A DNA stretch of 44,686 bases from Vulcanimicrobiales bacterium. GTDB lineage: Bacteria; Vulcanimicrobiota; Vulcanimicrobiia; Vulcanimicrobiales; Vulcanimicrobiaceae. This document shows, in pieces, positions 1 through 11,391 of this stretch (the stretch's first letter is position 1; the number at the start of each line of letters is the position of its first letter). A program made the position numbers and the translations under genes. Under the pieces are notes generated by a model, which ran no database searches, had not been told where the DNA came from, and saw nothing but the letters and a program-made list of their open reading frames with translations. Location: contig JBBQQR010000018.1 of the NCBI GenBank assembly GCA_038215615.1, positions 1 to 44,686 of the forward strand, written 5' to 3'.

Positions 1-269
1 ACGACGCCGCGGATCGAGTCAGTCACCCAGATGGCTACCAAGGCGGCGCAGACGATTGCGATCAAGAGGATCTGGCCGCGATCGCCATGCGTAGCTACGA
101 CAGCGCCAATCAGTGCGCAACCCAAAATCAGGATTGGAATCGGCGCGCGGCCCGGCGGCGGACCGTCCGGAAAAGGTTCGATGCGCTCGACGAAGAGCAG
201 CCCGAGCAGTGAGCCGGCGTAGCCCGCGGCCGCAAAGAACAGAGCTCCCAGCAGCGATGCAGTCGTCAT
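1..269 (-). CDS. A24-family prepilin peptidase-like membrane protein (5' part only, runs off the window)
   Basis: Not in the ORF track. Manual translation from ATG 269, which overlaps the tadC stop (ATGA): MTTASLLGALFFAAAGYAG...LLIAIVCAALVAIWVTDSIRGV. Hydrophobic helices end in a TD-x-x-x-G-V motif resembling the first catalytic Asp of A24 peptidases. Confidence 0.6.
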   Translation of the reverse strand, partial: MTTASLLGALFFAAAGYAGSLLGLLFVERIEPFPDGPPPGRAPIPILILGCALIGAVVATHGDRGQILLIAIVCAALVAIWVTDSIRGV

Positions 270-1111
270 TGCGTGTAATAATTGGCAACGAGTGCGCCGA
301 AAATCACGACGAAGATCGCCGGCAGCATAAAAAGGGCCATCGGGAAGATCATTTTTACCGGAAGCTTCGCGGCATGCTCCTCAACGAGCATGATGCGCTG
401 ATTGCGAACGTCTTCGGCTAATTCATTCAGCACGTTGGAGATGTTGCTTCCCAGCCGTTCGGCTTGCGTGATAGCGGTGACGGTCGTGGTGAATTGCTGC
501 TGTTGGAGCCGTTCGGCCGCTCCGCGCAGCGCTTCGATGCGCGAACGGCCCAAACGCATTTCGGAAAGCGTTGCCTTGATTTCTTCGCCGAGAGCGCCGG
601 GCGCCGCGTCGATTGAATAGACCAGCGCGGCGTTCACTGAAAGGCCCGCTTGGACGGTCGTTGCGACCATGTCCAGAAAATCCGGAAGTGTTTTTTGTAC
701 CTGGCGCTTGCGAGCTTCACACGCGCGTTCCAGCGAGGAGAACGGCAAGTACGCGGCGCCGGCACCCATCACGAGCGCGATGACTATCGTCAGCGTCACG
801 CTGGCGTGGATGAAAGCCAGCAATACGAACGACACGATCAATCCGAAGCAGCCGAACGCGACGATACGCGCTCCCATCTGCGCGGGCGTCACCGTGTACC
901 AGCCGGCTTCCATCAGCTTACGCAATAAGCGGCTGCGCCGGTCTTTTGAAAACAGCTTATCGAACGGTCGCACGGCTTTGGAGTCGCGCTGCATGCCCCG
1001 CGCCTCGAGCTCTTCAAGGGTCCGCTTGAGCGGACTCTTCTGCGGGATGAGCGAGACGGCGAATAAAAACGCCGCCACCATTCCCAAGAACACGATGCCG
1101 AAGAGCATCAT
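266..1111 (-). CDS. tadC: Tad pilus platform protein TadC (T2SSF family)
   Basis: LPDFLDMVATTVQAGLS, MRLGRSRIEAL and EEHAAKLPVKMIFPMALFMLPAIF are typical TadC motifs; follows tadB. Confidence 0.92.
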   Translation of the reverse strand: MMLFGIVFLGMVAAFLFAVSLIPQKSPLKRTLEELEARGMQRDSKAVRPFDKLFSKDRRSRLLRKLMEAGWYTVTPAQMGARIVAFGCFGLIVSFVLLAFIHASVTLTIVIALVMGAGAAYLPFSSLERACEARKRQVQKTLPDFLDMVATTVQAGLSVNAALVYSIDAAPGALGEEIKATLSEMRLGRSRIEALRGAAERLQQQQFTTTVTAITQAERLGSNISNVLNELAEDVRNQRIMLVEEHAAKLPVKMIFPMALFMLPAIFVVIFGALVANYYTQ

Positions 1112-1904
1112 ACGTCAACCTTCAGCATCTTCATCAACGTGACCACGCCGAGCGTTTCCAAAACTGCGACCAAGACGAGCGCGATATGTCCGGGGGTGGT
1201 GAAGAGCAGGGCGTGCCCCATCTCGTGTTCGGTCAGCGCGATAAACGCCGTGAGAAACGGCGGAAGCGCCGAGAGAATGACCGCGCCCGCGCGCCCCTCA
1301 GCCGTCAGCGCTGAGATCTTGCGCTGGATGCGGCGGCGCTCTTTGATCGTATTGGCGAGGTGCTCGAGAATTTTGCCCAGGTCGCCACCGGTCTGCGACT
1401 GAATGCGCACGGCGCGCGCCATCATGAGCGTTTCGTTCCCCGGCATGCGCCTTGCCAGATCATCCATGGCGTCGTAGACGCTGGCACCGATGTTCGTTTG
1501 CCCGATCACGCGCATGTACTCGTGTTTGGCGGGATCGGGCATTTCTTCGATAACGATGGCCATCGCTTGGCGTAAACCCAAACCGATGCGCACGCCGCTT
1601 GCCATCAGACGCAGCGCGAGTTCGAGTTGTTGTACGAATTGTTCGCGCCGCTTCCGCAGTTTGAACTGGACGTTCATCCAAAAAGCGCCGGCGGCCAAGC
1701 CTGCGCTGACGGGAAGAAGCAGCGCAGCTCCGATGAGCGACGGATGCAGGAACCGCACGGAGAGCACCCACAGAACGATCGCGCCGATTCCAACGCGGAT
1801 CGCGATGTCGCGTACGCTCGTGGTTATGCCGGCCCGGTCGAGTGTTTCGGCGAACTTCTTGAGGTTGTCCGAACCGGCTCGAAAGTCGAGCGCGGAGGAG
1901 CTGG

Positions 1905-1911
<7 letters not shown>
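1108..1911 (-). CDS. tadB: Tad pilus platform protein TadB (T2SSF family)
   Basis: QFVQQLELALRLMASGVRIGLGL, QSQTGGDLGKIL and ISALTAEGR motifs. Start trimmed to GTG 1911, next to the cpaF stop; the longer ORF-track start lies inside cpaF. Confidence 0.9.
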
Positions 1912-3997
<2,086 letters not shown>

Positions 3998-4001
<4 letters not shown>

Positions 4002-4882
4002 GGCTGACTCTGGCCGCCTGAGGTGTAGCGGTCACCGTCGATAACGATGACGCCTCCGGACGAACGCGCGGGAGCACGAGGCGCGCTGCGCGTCTGTTGT
4101 TGAGCGGCGAGCGCACGCAGTGCTAGAGCCGTCGCATCGGGTGCGGTCTGCGGCGCCGGCGCAGAGGCCATGGCATCTGAACCGGACGGGAAGTGCAACG
4201 CTTCGGTCGGCTGCGAGTTCAGCGGCTCGCGCGGCGAACGCAACGCGAGGCGAATGTTGGTGTTCACGTCGGCCATTTCGAGCAGGTCCGCCTGCTTGGG
4301 AGTCACCTCGAGGGTAATCGTCGTCGAAACTTGATTCTCCGGAGCGGGGGTTGCGGAGCTGTTCTCAAGGAGCGGTCCGACGGCCAGCACGCGAATTCCG
4401 CGCAAGATCGTGGCGGCAGGTGGGGGCGAATCGCCCGATTTCGGCGGGATGGCGATGACGTCGACGCGGTCGCCCGGCTCAATGAGTCCCGAGACGGCTT
4501 TGACTTTGTCGATAGGAATGCTGATTGCGCGCGACCCGGGCTGCAGGCGAACGGGTAGCGGCATGTCGCTGGGATGCCCGACTTTTGATAGAGTTATCGT
4601 GCCGCCGGCCGGAATCGTAATCAACGAAAGTGCACCGACGACTTTGGACGGATCGGTAAATGCATCGGGTTCAACCGCGGCGGCGGGTCGCGTCACCGTC
4701 GAGAGCATGGCCGGCGTGATCGGAACGCGAGCCGGAATTTCTTGGGATGCGACCACAATTTGACGCGGCTCATTGTTGATCGCGCTCGAGCGTTGTATTG
4801 AAGAGAGGTAGTTGAGCGTCAGCCATCCGGTGCCTATGGCGAGAATCAGCGCGATAATCAACGTCATACGTCGTGAGTTCAT
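3998..4882 (-). CDS. cpaB: Flp pilus assembly protein CpaB/RcpC
   Basis: N-terminal TM helix, SAF-like VVASQEIPA, RAISIPID..VSGLIEPGDRVDVI and TITLEVTPKQA..LALRS. Start ATG 4882 overlaps the cpaA stop. Confidence 0.92.
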
Positions 4883-5397
4883 GGCAGCAACCTCAGATGT
4901 GCGGCGCTGATCGCCGCGGTGCAGAGCGCTCCGGAAAAAATCGCCACCGCGTACGGCATAGCCAGTCCGCCTTGCGGGCGTGCCGGCGCGACGCCGGCAA
5001 AGAGTGGAAGCGTCATGGCGTGCATGTTTGCAAACGTAGCCTGGAGGCGGCCCTTGCACGTGGCGTACACGATTGCAAGTAAGCCGCCACTCAGCAGCGT
5101 TAGGAGCAGGAACGTGGTACCGGCCGGATACGAAAGCGTACCGGCTGCAGCGGCAAGCAGCTTGATATCGCCGCCGCCGATCAGTTTGAACGAAAAAGCT
5201 ATCGCGCCCACGACCAGAACGGCCGCGACGAGCGCGAGGCCCGTAAGCACAGCGCTCCAGCCCGAGAGCGTGGCATTTTCGATCAGTCCGCAGATCAACA
5301 ACGCGAACACCAGCGCATTAGGGATGCGCCTCGTCCGAACGTCGCAAGCGGCGCCGATAAGCGATGCCCCCAGGACGGTCACGAGTTGCAGCGTCAT
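4879..5397 (-). CDS. cpaA: Prepilin peptidase CpaA/TadV (A24)
   Basis: Both catalytic Asp motifs present (CDVRTRRIPN, GGGDIKL); C-terminal MPYAVAI; directly downstream of the flp genes. Confidence 0.92.
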   Translation of the reverse strand: MTLQLVTVLGASLIGAACDVRTRRIPNALVFALLICGLIENATLSGWSAVLTGLALVAAVLVVGAIAFSFKLIGGGDIKLLAAAAGTLSYPAGTTFLLLTLLSGGLLAIVYATCKGRLQATFANMHAMTLPLFAGVAPARPQGGLAMPYAVAIFSGALCTAAISAAHLRLLP

Positions 5398-5417
5398 GTG
5401 CGGTGCCCTAGCGCGAG

Positions 5418-5579
5418 CTAGAGAGTGTTATTGACCGAGCCGAAAGCGTTGGAAACGTTCTGACCCAGGGTCATAACCAGAACGATGCAGACGGCGGCGA
5501 TCAGCGCAACCATGATGCCGTATTCAACCATCGTTGCACCTTAGTCGTCGCGAAGCATAGCCGACAAATACTTGAACAT
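5418..5579 (-). pseudogene. flp: Second Flp pilin gene with an in-frame TAA (codon 13, 5541-5543)
   Basis: Manual translation: MFKYLSAMLRDD*GATMVEYGIMVALIAAVCIVLVMTLGQNVSNAFGSVNNTL. AGGAG RBS upstream. The paralogue has GAA (Glu) at the stop position. Confidence 0.88.
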
Positions 5580-5594
5580 AGATCTCCTGCTTTC

Positions 5595-5640
5595 AAAAAA
5601 GAGAGAGCCGGGGTTGAAGGGAGAGAAGACAACCCCGGCT
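5595..5640 (-). terminator. Intrinsic terminator-like hairpin after the first flp gene
   Basis: Perfect 11-bp inverted repeat AGCCGGGGTTG (5606-5616) / CAACCCCGGCT (5630-5640), followed on the minus strand by CTCTC-TTTTTT. Confidence 0.75.
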
Positions 5641-5660
5641 TGTAGCTTGTGTCTCGAGGA

Positions 5661-5822
5661 TTATAGGTTGTTGTTGACTGAGCCGAACGCGTTTGAAACG
5701 TTCTTTCCCAGCGTGGTTACGAGTACGATACAAACGGCGGCGATAAGCGCGACCATGATGCCGTATTCGACCATCGTGGCGCCTTCGTCGTCGCGAAGCA
5801 TCGCGAGCATGTGCTTGATCAT
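5661..5822 (-). CDS. flp: Flp family type IVc major pilin
   Basis: MIKHMLAMLRDDEG|ATMVEYGIMVALIAAVCI: G|xxxxEY Flp motif. GGAGG RBS before ATG 5822; 53 aa. Confidence 0.95.
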   Translation of the reverse strand: MIKHMLAMLRDDEGATMVEYGIMVALIAAVCIVLVTTLGKNVSNAFGSVNNNL

Positions 5823-5851
5823 AGGACCTCCGATTCGTGAGTGCAGATGGG

Positions 5852-6355
5852 TCATCGAGTTGGATGTGGCGTCGCCCACAGGGGGACGTTTACTCCCGCG
5901 TTGGGAGCGTTCATGACGAGTTGCGCCGACGCCGGTACGACGCCGGGCAACGAAGTGGCAACGATTTTGAGGATCGTCCCACGCGCGTAAGCCGACGCAA
6001 TCGGGATCACCGCCCGGAAACGCCCATTGACATCGGTGATGACGTCATGCCGGCTAACGACGATCGTCGGAACGTCCGGCGATATCACAGCGAGCAGGGT
6101 CATCGTGACTGGAGAATTCGGCGGTGCGCTTCCCTCTACGACGATCGCCTCCGCGCCCTGAAGCTGCCTGACCTCAAGGGAAATGAATCCGTGCGCGACG
6201 GTGTCGTTTTGAGCGACGAGCGTACCGTTTGCGGAAAGCAAGGCGGAATTGACTCCAGCCCCGGCTGCGAAAGCCGGGAGGCTGGAAAGTATGAGCGCCG
6301 TGGTCAGAACCAAGGTCGTCCGCAAGTTCCGTCTCCTTTTCGGTGGCGTCATCAT
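5852..6355 (-). CDS. Hypothetical secreted protein, first gene of the leftward tad operon
   Basis: Basic N-region, hydrophobic stretch and AFA signal-peptidase site, then a beta-rich mature part. Start is uncertain (6355 or 6352). Confidence 0.65.
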   Translation of the reverse strand: MMTPPKRRRNLRTTLVLTTALILSSLPAFAAGAGVNSALLSANGTLVAQNDTVAHGFISLEVRQLQGAEAIVVEGSAPPNSPVTMTLLAVISPDVPTIVVSRHDVITDVNGRFRAVIPIASAYARGTILKIVATSLPGVVPASAQLVMNAPNAGVNVPLWATPHPTR

Positions 6356-6523
6356 CGCATCGCTGGCCCCGCCTTTCAAGAGAAAAGTGACGGTTTGTAC
6401 CGACTCTTTACTGCCCGTCTATTGATCGTTGACGTGTTAACGTATCTCTCCGTGGGATAATCGAGGGCGTTACGAGCCGGTGGCACACCGGGTCGTCTTT
6501 ATCTATCGGAGGTAAGGCCGCAC

Positions 6524-7945
6524 ATGCGATCGATGCTTATTGGGGTAGTAGCCGCCACGCTCGGGCTGGCGATGCTGGCCGCGGGGCCGGCCGCCGCCCA
6601 ATCCGAGGCCGTCCAGTTGCTCTCGGTACAGTCGGGCCATTCGGTCCTGCTCCAGACGCCGGGGCTCTCCAGGGTGGCCGTGGGTGACGGCCGCATTGCG
6701 GGGGTTGTCCCCGTGGGAAGCTCTCAGCTCGTCATCAACGGCAAGGCCCCGGGGCACACGACCGTCTTCATATGGGAAGCCGGGCGCCGGGCCACCTACG
6801 AGGTGACGGTTACCGAACAAGAAGTCGACCAGATCGCGCAGATGCTGCGGACGTCTATCGATGAGCCTCGCGTTCAAGTCGTCAGCTTCAACCGGTCGGT
6901 CGTGGTGCGCGGCACGGTCGCCGACGGCGCCCACTTCACGATGCTCAGCGACATCCTCAGCCGGTTTGAGAAGTATGCGCAAAGCGAAAAATATTCGATC
7001 GTCAACGCCGTAACGGTTGCCCATCCGCTCGGCGACCTGCAGCGCGGTCTTGCGATGGTGCCGGGCGCCGGCGAGATTCGCGTCGACCCCGACGGCAAGG
7101 GCAACGTCATCGTCAGCGGTCATGCGCATGACGCGGTGACGGTTGCCGCGATCCTCGAGCGCGCGCGGGGACTCGCGGGTCCGTATCTTTCGAGCGACGG
7201 CAAGTTGATCGATCGCATCAGCACCGACACCAACAGTCAAATCGACATCAAAGTGTACGTGCTGGAAGTCGATGAAACGGCTGCGAAGAATTTGGGCGTT
7301 CAATTGCAAGCCGCCAACATCAATGCCGCCGGCAATACGTACACAGTTTCGTCGACGCCGAGTTTCCCCGTCATTGAGAATCCGCAGCTGGCCGGCGGCG
7401 CACTGAAAATCGGCGCATTTTTCCGCACGATCACGCTTGCGCCGACGCTGAACTTGATGATGCAAGAAGGCCACGTCCGGCTGCTCTCGTCGCCCGATCT
7501 CGTGACCATGCCGGGCATGCAGGCAACGTTTTTGGTCGGCGGACAGATTCCAATCCCGATCTCGACGGGATTGGGCGTGGTGAGTATTCAGTATGAGAAT
7601 TTCGGCGTGCAGCTGAACGTGACGCCGATTCTGCTGGGCAACGGCTCGGTTCAAGCGCAGATCGCGCCCGACGTTTCGGATCTCGATTTTGCCGACGGTG
7701 TAAATCAGAATGGGTTTGTGATTCCGGCGCTCAAAGAGAGCAAGCTCTCGACCAACGTGATCACGCAGCCGGGAGAATCGATCATCATGGGCGGCTTAGT
7801 GCGCCATGTCGAGACCCGCACGATTCTGAAAATTCCACTGCTGGGCGATCTGCCGATCCTCGGCAAGCTCTTCCGTTCCACAAATTACCAAAACAACCGC
7901 AGCGACGTCGTCTTCGTAATGACGCCGCAAATTATTACGCGCTAA
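6524..7945 (+). CDS. cpaC: Tad secretin CpaC/RcpA
   Basis: Signal peptide, N-domain RVAVGDGRIA..LVINGKAPGHTTVFIW, ATFLVGGQIPIP, FGVQLNVTP and KIPLLGDLPILGKLFRS; GGAGG upstream. Confidence 0.93.
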   Translation: MRSMLIGVVAATLGLAMLAAGPAAAQSEAVQLLSVQSGHSVLLQTPGLSRVAVGDGRIAGVVPVGSSQLVINGKAPGHTTVFIWEAGRRATYEVTVTEQEVDQIAQMLRTSIDEPRVQVVSFNRSVVVRGTVADGAHFTMLSDILSRFEKYAQSEKYSIVNAVTVAHPLGDLQRGLAMVPGAGEIRVDPDGKGNVIVSGHAHDAVTVAAILERARGLAGPYLSSDGKLIDRISTDTNSQIDIKVYVLEVDETAAKNLGVQLQAANINAAGNTYTVSSTPSFPVIENPQLAGGALKIGAFFRTITLAPTLNLMMQEGHVRLLSSPDLVTMPGMQATFLVGGQIPIPISTGLGVVSIQYENFGVQLNVTPILLGNGSVQAQIAPDVSDLDFADGVNQNGFVIPALKESKLSTNVITQPGESIIMGGLVRHVETRTILKIPLLGDLPILGKLFRSTNYQNNRSDVVFVMTPQIITR

Positions 7946-7946
7946 C

Positions 7947-9143
7947 ATGAAGATGCGAATGTTTCGCGCCTACGAACGCGGGCAAGCACTGCCGCTGATA
8001 GCCGTCTGCTTCGTGGCAATTTTTGGTTTTGCGGCGCTTGCGGTCGATGTCGGTGCCTCGCAGTACCGCCAGCGCATGCAGCAAACGGCAACCGACGCGG
8101 CCGCGATTGCCGGCGCGTCGGCGGCGGAATATTCCAGCGTAGGCAGCACCATAACGGCCGCGGCTGCTGCCGACGCGACGACCAACGGCTTCACGACCGA
8201 CGCCAACAACACGGTGACCGTCAACTGGCCGCCCGTCTCCGGAAACTACTCCGGCAACACGAGTGCGGTTCAAGTGATCATTACCAGCACGCGTCCGAAT
8301 GTCTTCGGCGGCATCATCGGTCAGAGCACGACGGCCGTAAAAACTACCGCGACGGCAATTCTCACCAGCAACGGCACTGCGCCGTGCGTCTATCAATTGA
8401 ATCCTGCCGGGAACTTTACGTCAAACTCCGCCACGGTCTACGCGCCGACATGCGGCATCATTGCAAATGGAAGCTCGACCTATAACAGCGGAACGATAAC
8501 AGCGGCGATGGTGGGCTATGCCGGAAGTATTTCGGTCAGCTCCACGACGTTCGTGGACGCCAGTCCCACTCCGTCGATTCCGGCTACCGATCCCTGCGCG
8601 CAGATTCCCGGATGCGCTTATCTGACCGACAACCCTCCGGCCACGTCGCCGTGCCTCTTCACGAACCTCAGTATTCACAGTGATGTTACATTGAGCCCCG
8701 GCGTTTATTGCGGCGGCATAACGGCGAGCGGCGGTTCGAACCTGACGATGAATCCCGGGCTTTACGTGCTGACGGGAAACTTGACGATGAACGGCGCGGG
8801 CACGATCACCGGTACCGGCGTTAGCGTCGACATGGTTTCAGGGGGCGTGACACTTAACGGCAACGGCACGACCACGTTGAGCGCCCCTACGACCCGTACA
8901 TACAAAGACGTGCTCTTCTTTCAACCCAAGGCCAATACCACGGGGCCCACGCTGAACTCGGGACACAGCGGCAGCCTCATCGGAGCTCTGTACTTTCCAG
9001 GCGCGACGATTACGGGAAATAGTGCGGGCGATGCTTGGACGCTCATCATCGGCTCCTCCATCACGCTCAATGGCGCGAATCTTCTTGGACCCAACGGCAA
9101 AGGCATGACCGGCGGCGTTGCCAACGTGGTGCTCGCCGAGTGA
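7947..9143 (+). CDS. TadG-like minor pilin / putative tip adhesin
   Basis: ERG|QALPLIAV..ALAVDVG..MQQTATDAAAIAGA Tad N-terminal domain; Gly/Ser/Thr-rich beta-helix-like body (LSPGVYCGG); C-terminal VVLAE. Confidence 0.8.
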   Translation: MKMRMFRAYERGQALPLIAVCFVAIFGFAALAVDVGASQYRQRMQQTATDAAAIAGASAAEYSSVGSTITAAAAADATTNGFTTDANNTVTVNWPPVSGNYSGNTSAVQVIITSTRPNVFGGIIGQSTTAVKTTATAILTSNGTAPCVYQLNPAGNFTSNSATVYAPTCGIIANGSSTYNSGTITAAMVGYAGSISVSSTTFVDASPTPSIPATDPCAQIPGCAYLTDNPPATSPCLFTNLSIHSDVTLSPGVYCGGITASGGSNLTMNPGLYVLTGNLTMNGAGTITGTGVSVDMVSGGVTLNGNGTTTLSAPTTRTYKDVLFFQPKANTTGPTLNSGHSGSLIGALYFPGATITGNSAGDAWTLIIGSSITLNGANLLGPNGKGMTGGVANVVLAE

Positions 9144-9583
9144 CGAAGGCGTCCCATTACGAGCGCGGTACGGCGCTCGTGGAAATCGCGATCATACTTC
9201 CGCTCTTGCTGTTGCTGGCGATTGGCGCAATCGAGATCGGACGCTACGCCAACTACGCAAACATCGCGGCGAACTCGGCTCACGCGGGCGTTCAATACGG
9301 CGCGCAGAGCTTAGCCGCGGCCAGCGATACGGCCGGCATGCAGAACGCCGCACAAATTGACTGGGGGAGCGCCCCCGGTTTCGCGGCAACGGCTTCGCAT
9401 TTTTGCAAATGTTCCGACGGCACCGCTTCGACGTGCCTTTCCACCGACTGTCCACTGCCGCTGCATCGCATCTTGTGGGTTCAGGTGATCGTCACGGGCT
9501 CGATCAACTCGCTGCTGGCCTATCCGGGACTTCCCCGCACGTTTTCGGTCTCGCGCTCCGCCGTCATGACGGTGGATCAATAG
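9140..9583 (+). CDS. tadE: TadE-like minor pilin
   Basis: ERG|TALVEIAIILPLLLLL..EIGRY; GTG 9140 overlaps the upstream stop; Cys-rich loop. Confidence 0.88.
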   Translation: MTKASHYERGTALVEIAIILPLLLLLAIGAIEIGRYANYANIAANSAHAGVQYGAQSLAAASDTAGMQNAAQIDWGSAPGFAATASHFCKCSDGTASTCLSTDCPLPLHRILWVQVIVTGSINSLLAYPGLPRTFSVSRSAVMTVDQ

Positions 9584-9587
9584 AAAC

Positions 9588-10019
9588 GTGGCGAACCTTC
9601 ACGCGCAACGCGGAAGCGCGATGGTGGAGTTCAGCATTGCAGCCACGGCGCTGCTCTTCGTGCTGCTGGCGATCATGGAGTTCGGCCAGGCGTTGTACGT
9701 GTACAATCTGGTGACCAGCGGAGCGCGGCTGGGAGCTCGGTATGCCATCGTGCACGGTTCCATGTGCACGTATGTGGGTTGCCCGGCGTCGAGCACCGAC
9801 ATTCAAGCCTACGTCCGCGGGGTCTCGCCGAACATCACTCCGGCTTCGCTGACCGTGACGGCCACGTGGAGCGCAGTTCCCGCGGATGCGTGCAACACAT
9901 CACCCTATAACGGACCCGGGTGCCTTGTCACCGTTACTGCATCCTACCCCTTTCAATCGTTTGGGCCGTTTCGCGCTATGGCCATAAGCAGCACGTCGAA
10001 GATGTACATCTCGCGCTAA
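9588..10019 (+). CDS. TadE/TadF-like minor pilin
   Basis: QRG|SAMVEFSI..IMEFGQALY..GARLGARYA. Confidence 0.88.
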   Translation: MANLHAQRGSAMVEFSIAATALLFVLLAIMEFGQALYVYNLVTSGARLGARYAIVHGSMCTYVGCPASSTDIQAYVRGVSPNITPASLTVTATWSAVPADACNTSPYNGPGCLVTVTASYPFQSFGPFRAMAISSTSKMYISR

Positions 10020-11374
10020 TGGAAGAACGCGCTTTGGTGCCCGCTCTCTCCAAGCGCCGTGCGCAAACGCTGCCGTTCGGCACGCGCGCACGCGTTGCGC
10101 TCGCGCACGGCGACGTCGAAGGTGGACTCGCGCTGACCGGAGTCGACCGTCGAGCGGGCACCGCTATCTACGCGTTACGCATTTCTAATCAAAGCGCGGC
10201 GCCGTTGCGCGCGCACATGACATGCGCGCGTTCACGCGAGCTGCCGGTATTGGCGTATCCGCTCGACGTGCACGTCGCGCCGTTCTCGATTGCCGAAACG
10301 CTGCTTCCGGTACGACTCGCCGAAGTCGGACCCTACGACCGCGCGATCGTCAAAGTTTCCGGCGCAGATATCGCGTTCACGCTCGAAGCGCCAGCGCCGC
10401 CGCGCCCCAAAGCGCGCACGCGCTGGATTAAAGTTTTGGCTGCGAGCGTCGTCGCAATTCTCGGCGCTGCCTTCGGCGCCGCGGTCGCGACTCCGCGCAT
10501 CGACTTACTGGCAGCTCCGGCGCGCGCTTTCGCCGGCGCCCCGCTCGATATTCCGTACGCCTTTGCCGGCTTCGGGTCGATGCAGTATACGCTCCAAACC
10601 AAAGACGGCCGTCAGCTCGCCGCCGGTTTGCTCACCGCGCATCAAGGGACCCTGCACTTCGTCTTGCCGCGCAATTCGGGAACCCAGCTCGTGCTCGCCG
10701 CCACGCTCGCGAGCCCGCTGGGCAAGGCGCAAGCGTCGCGCCGCGTCCTGATCGCGCAGGCGCCGCCCGTGGCGAAAACTGTTGCTGCAGCACCGCGCAT
10801 CGAATCGTTCACCGTTGCGTCGCCTTCGATTGTCGCCGGAGCTCCGCTTGTCGTGCATTACTCGACCAACGCGAAGTCCGGACAAATCTGGCTAATCGAC
10901 GAAGCGGGCCGCCTCTGGGCGAGCGCGGCGCTCTTTGCCGACGGCGTTACGACGCTGAAAGTTCCGCAAGCCGCGGCCGGCCAAAAAATGCGCGTCGTCT
11001 TGCACGCTCGAAACGGCGCTGCCGACGCGGTTTCATCGCTTGGTATCACGGTGCAACCCGGCGACGTCGTCGCATCGACCGCGGCAGCCGCATCGCCAAA
11101 CGCACCGCTGGCGCTGGTTCTATCGGCGTCGAATGTCGCACCGGGTGATGACGTCGTCGTCACGCTCAAAGGCAATCACGGCGATTCGCGCGTTTCGCTA
11201 ACCGATGCCGCCGGCAACACGGTCGAGCAAGGCGACGTCCCCGCCGGTCAAGACGCGGTTACGCTATCCGCACCGAGCGTAAAATCCGAAACGACGTACT
11301 ACGTCGTTGCGAGCGTGTCGTCCGGAGTCTCCGAGCAAAGCTTAGTCCAGAAGCTCGTCGTCACGCCGCGCTAA
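10019..11374 (+). CDS. Hypothetical single-pass membrane protein with beta-rich (Ig-like?) domains
   Basis: ATG 10019 overlaps the upstream TAA (TAATG). Central TM WIKVLAASVVAILGAAFGAAVA, then beta-strand-rich domains separated by Ala/Pro linkers. Confidence 0.75.
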   Translation: MEERALVPALSKRRAQTLPFGTRARVALAHGDVEGGLALTGVDRRAGTAIYALRISNQSAAPLRAHMTCARSRELPVLAYPLDVHVAPFSIAETLLPVRLAEVGPYDRAIVKVSGADIAFTLEAPAPPRPKARTRWIKVLAASVVAILGAAFGAAVATPRIDLLAAPARAFAGAPLDIPYAFAGFGSMQYTLQTKDGRQLAAGLLTAHQGTLHFVLPRNSGTQLVLAATLASPLGKAQASRRVLIAQAPPVAKTVAAAPRIESFTVASPSIVAGAPLVVHYSTNAKSGQIWLIDEAGRLWASAALFADGVTTLKVPQAAAGQKMRVVLHARNGAADAVSSLGITVQPGDVVASTAAAASPNAPLALVLSASNVAPGDDVVVTLKGNHGDSRVSLTDAAGNTVEQGDVPAGQDAVTLSAPSVKSETTYYVVASVSSGVSEQSLVQKLVVTPR

Positions 11375-11391
11375 CGGGCGTTAGCTTAAGG

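Noticed and set aside
5541..5543. Selenocysteine or pyrrolysine recoding of the flp2 stop
   Set aside because: The codon is TAA, not TGA or TAG, and it aligns to Glu
6481..6497. TGGCAC as a sigma54 -24 box before the secretin gene
   Set aside because: No TTGC at the -12 position; it is part of a small CCGGTG/CACCGG palindrome
6503..7654. 383-aa antisense ORF
   Set aside because: Shadow of the secretin gene, typical of high-GC codon bias
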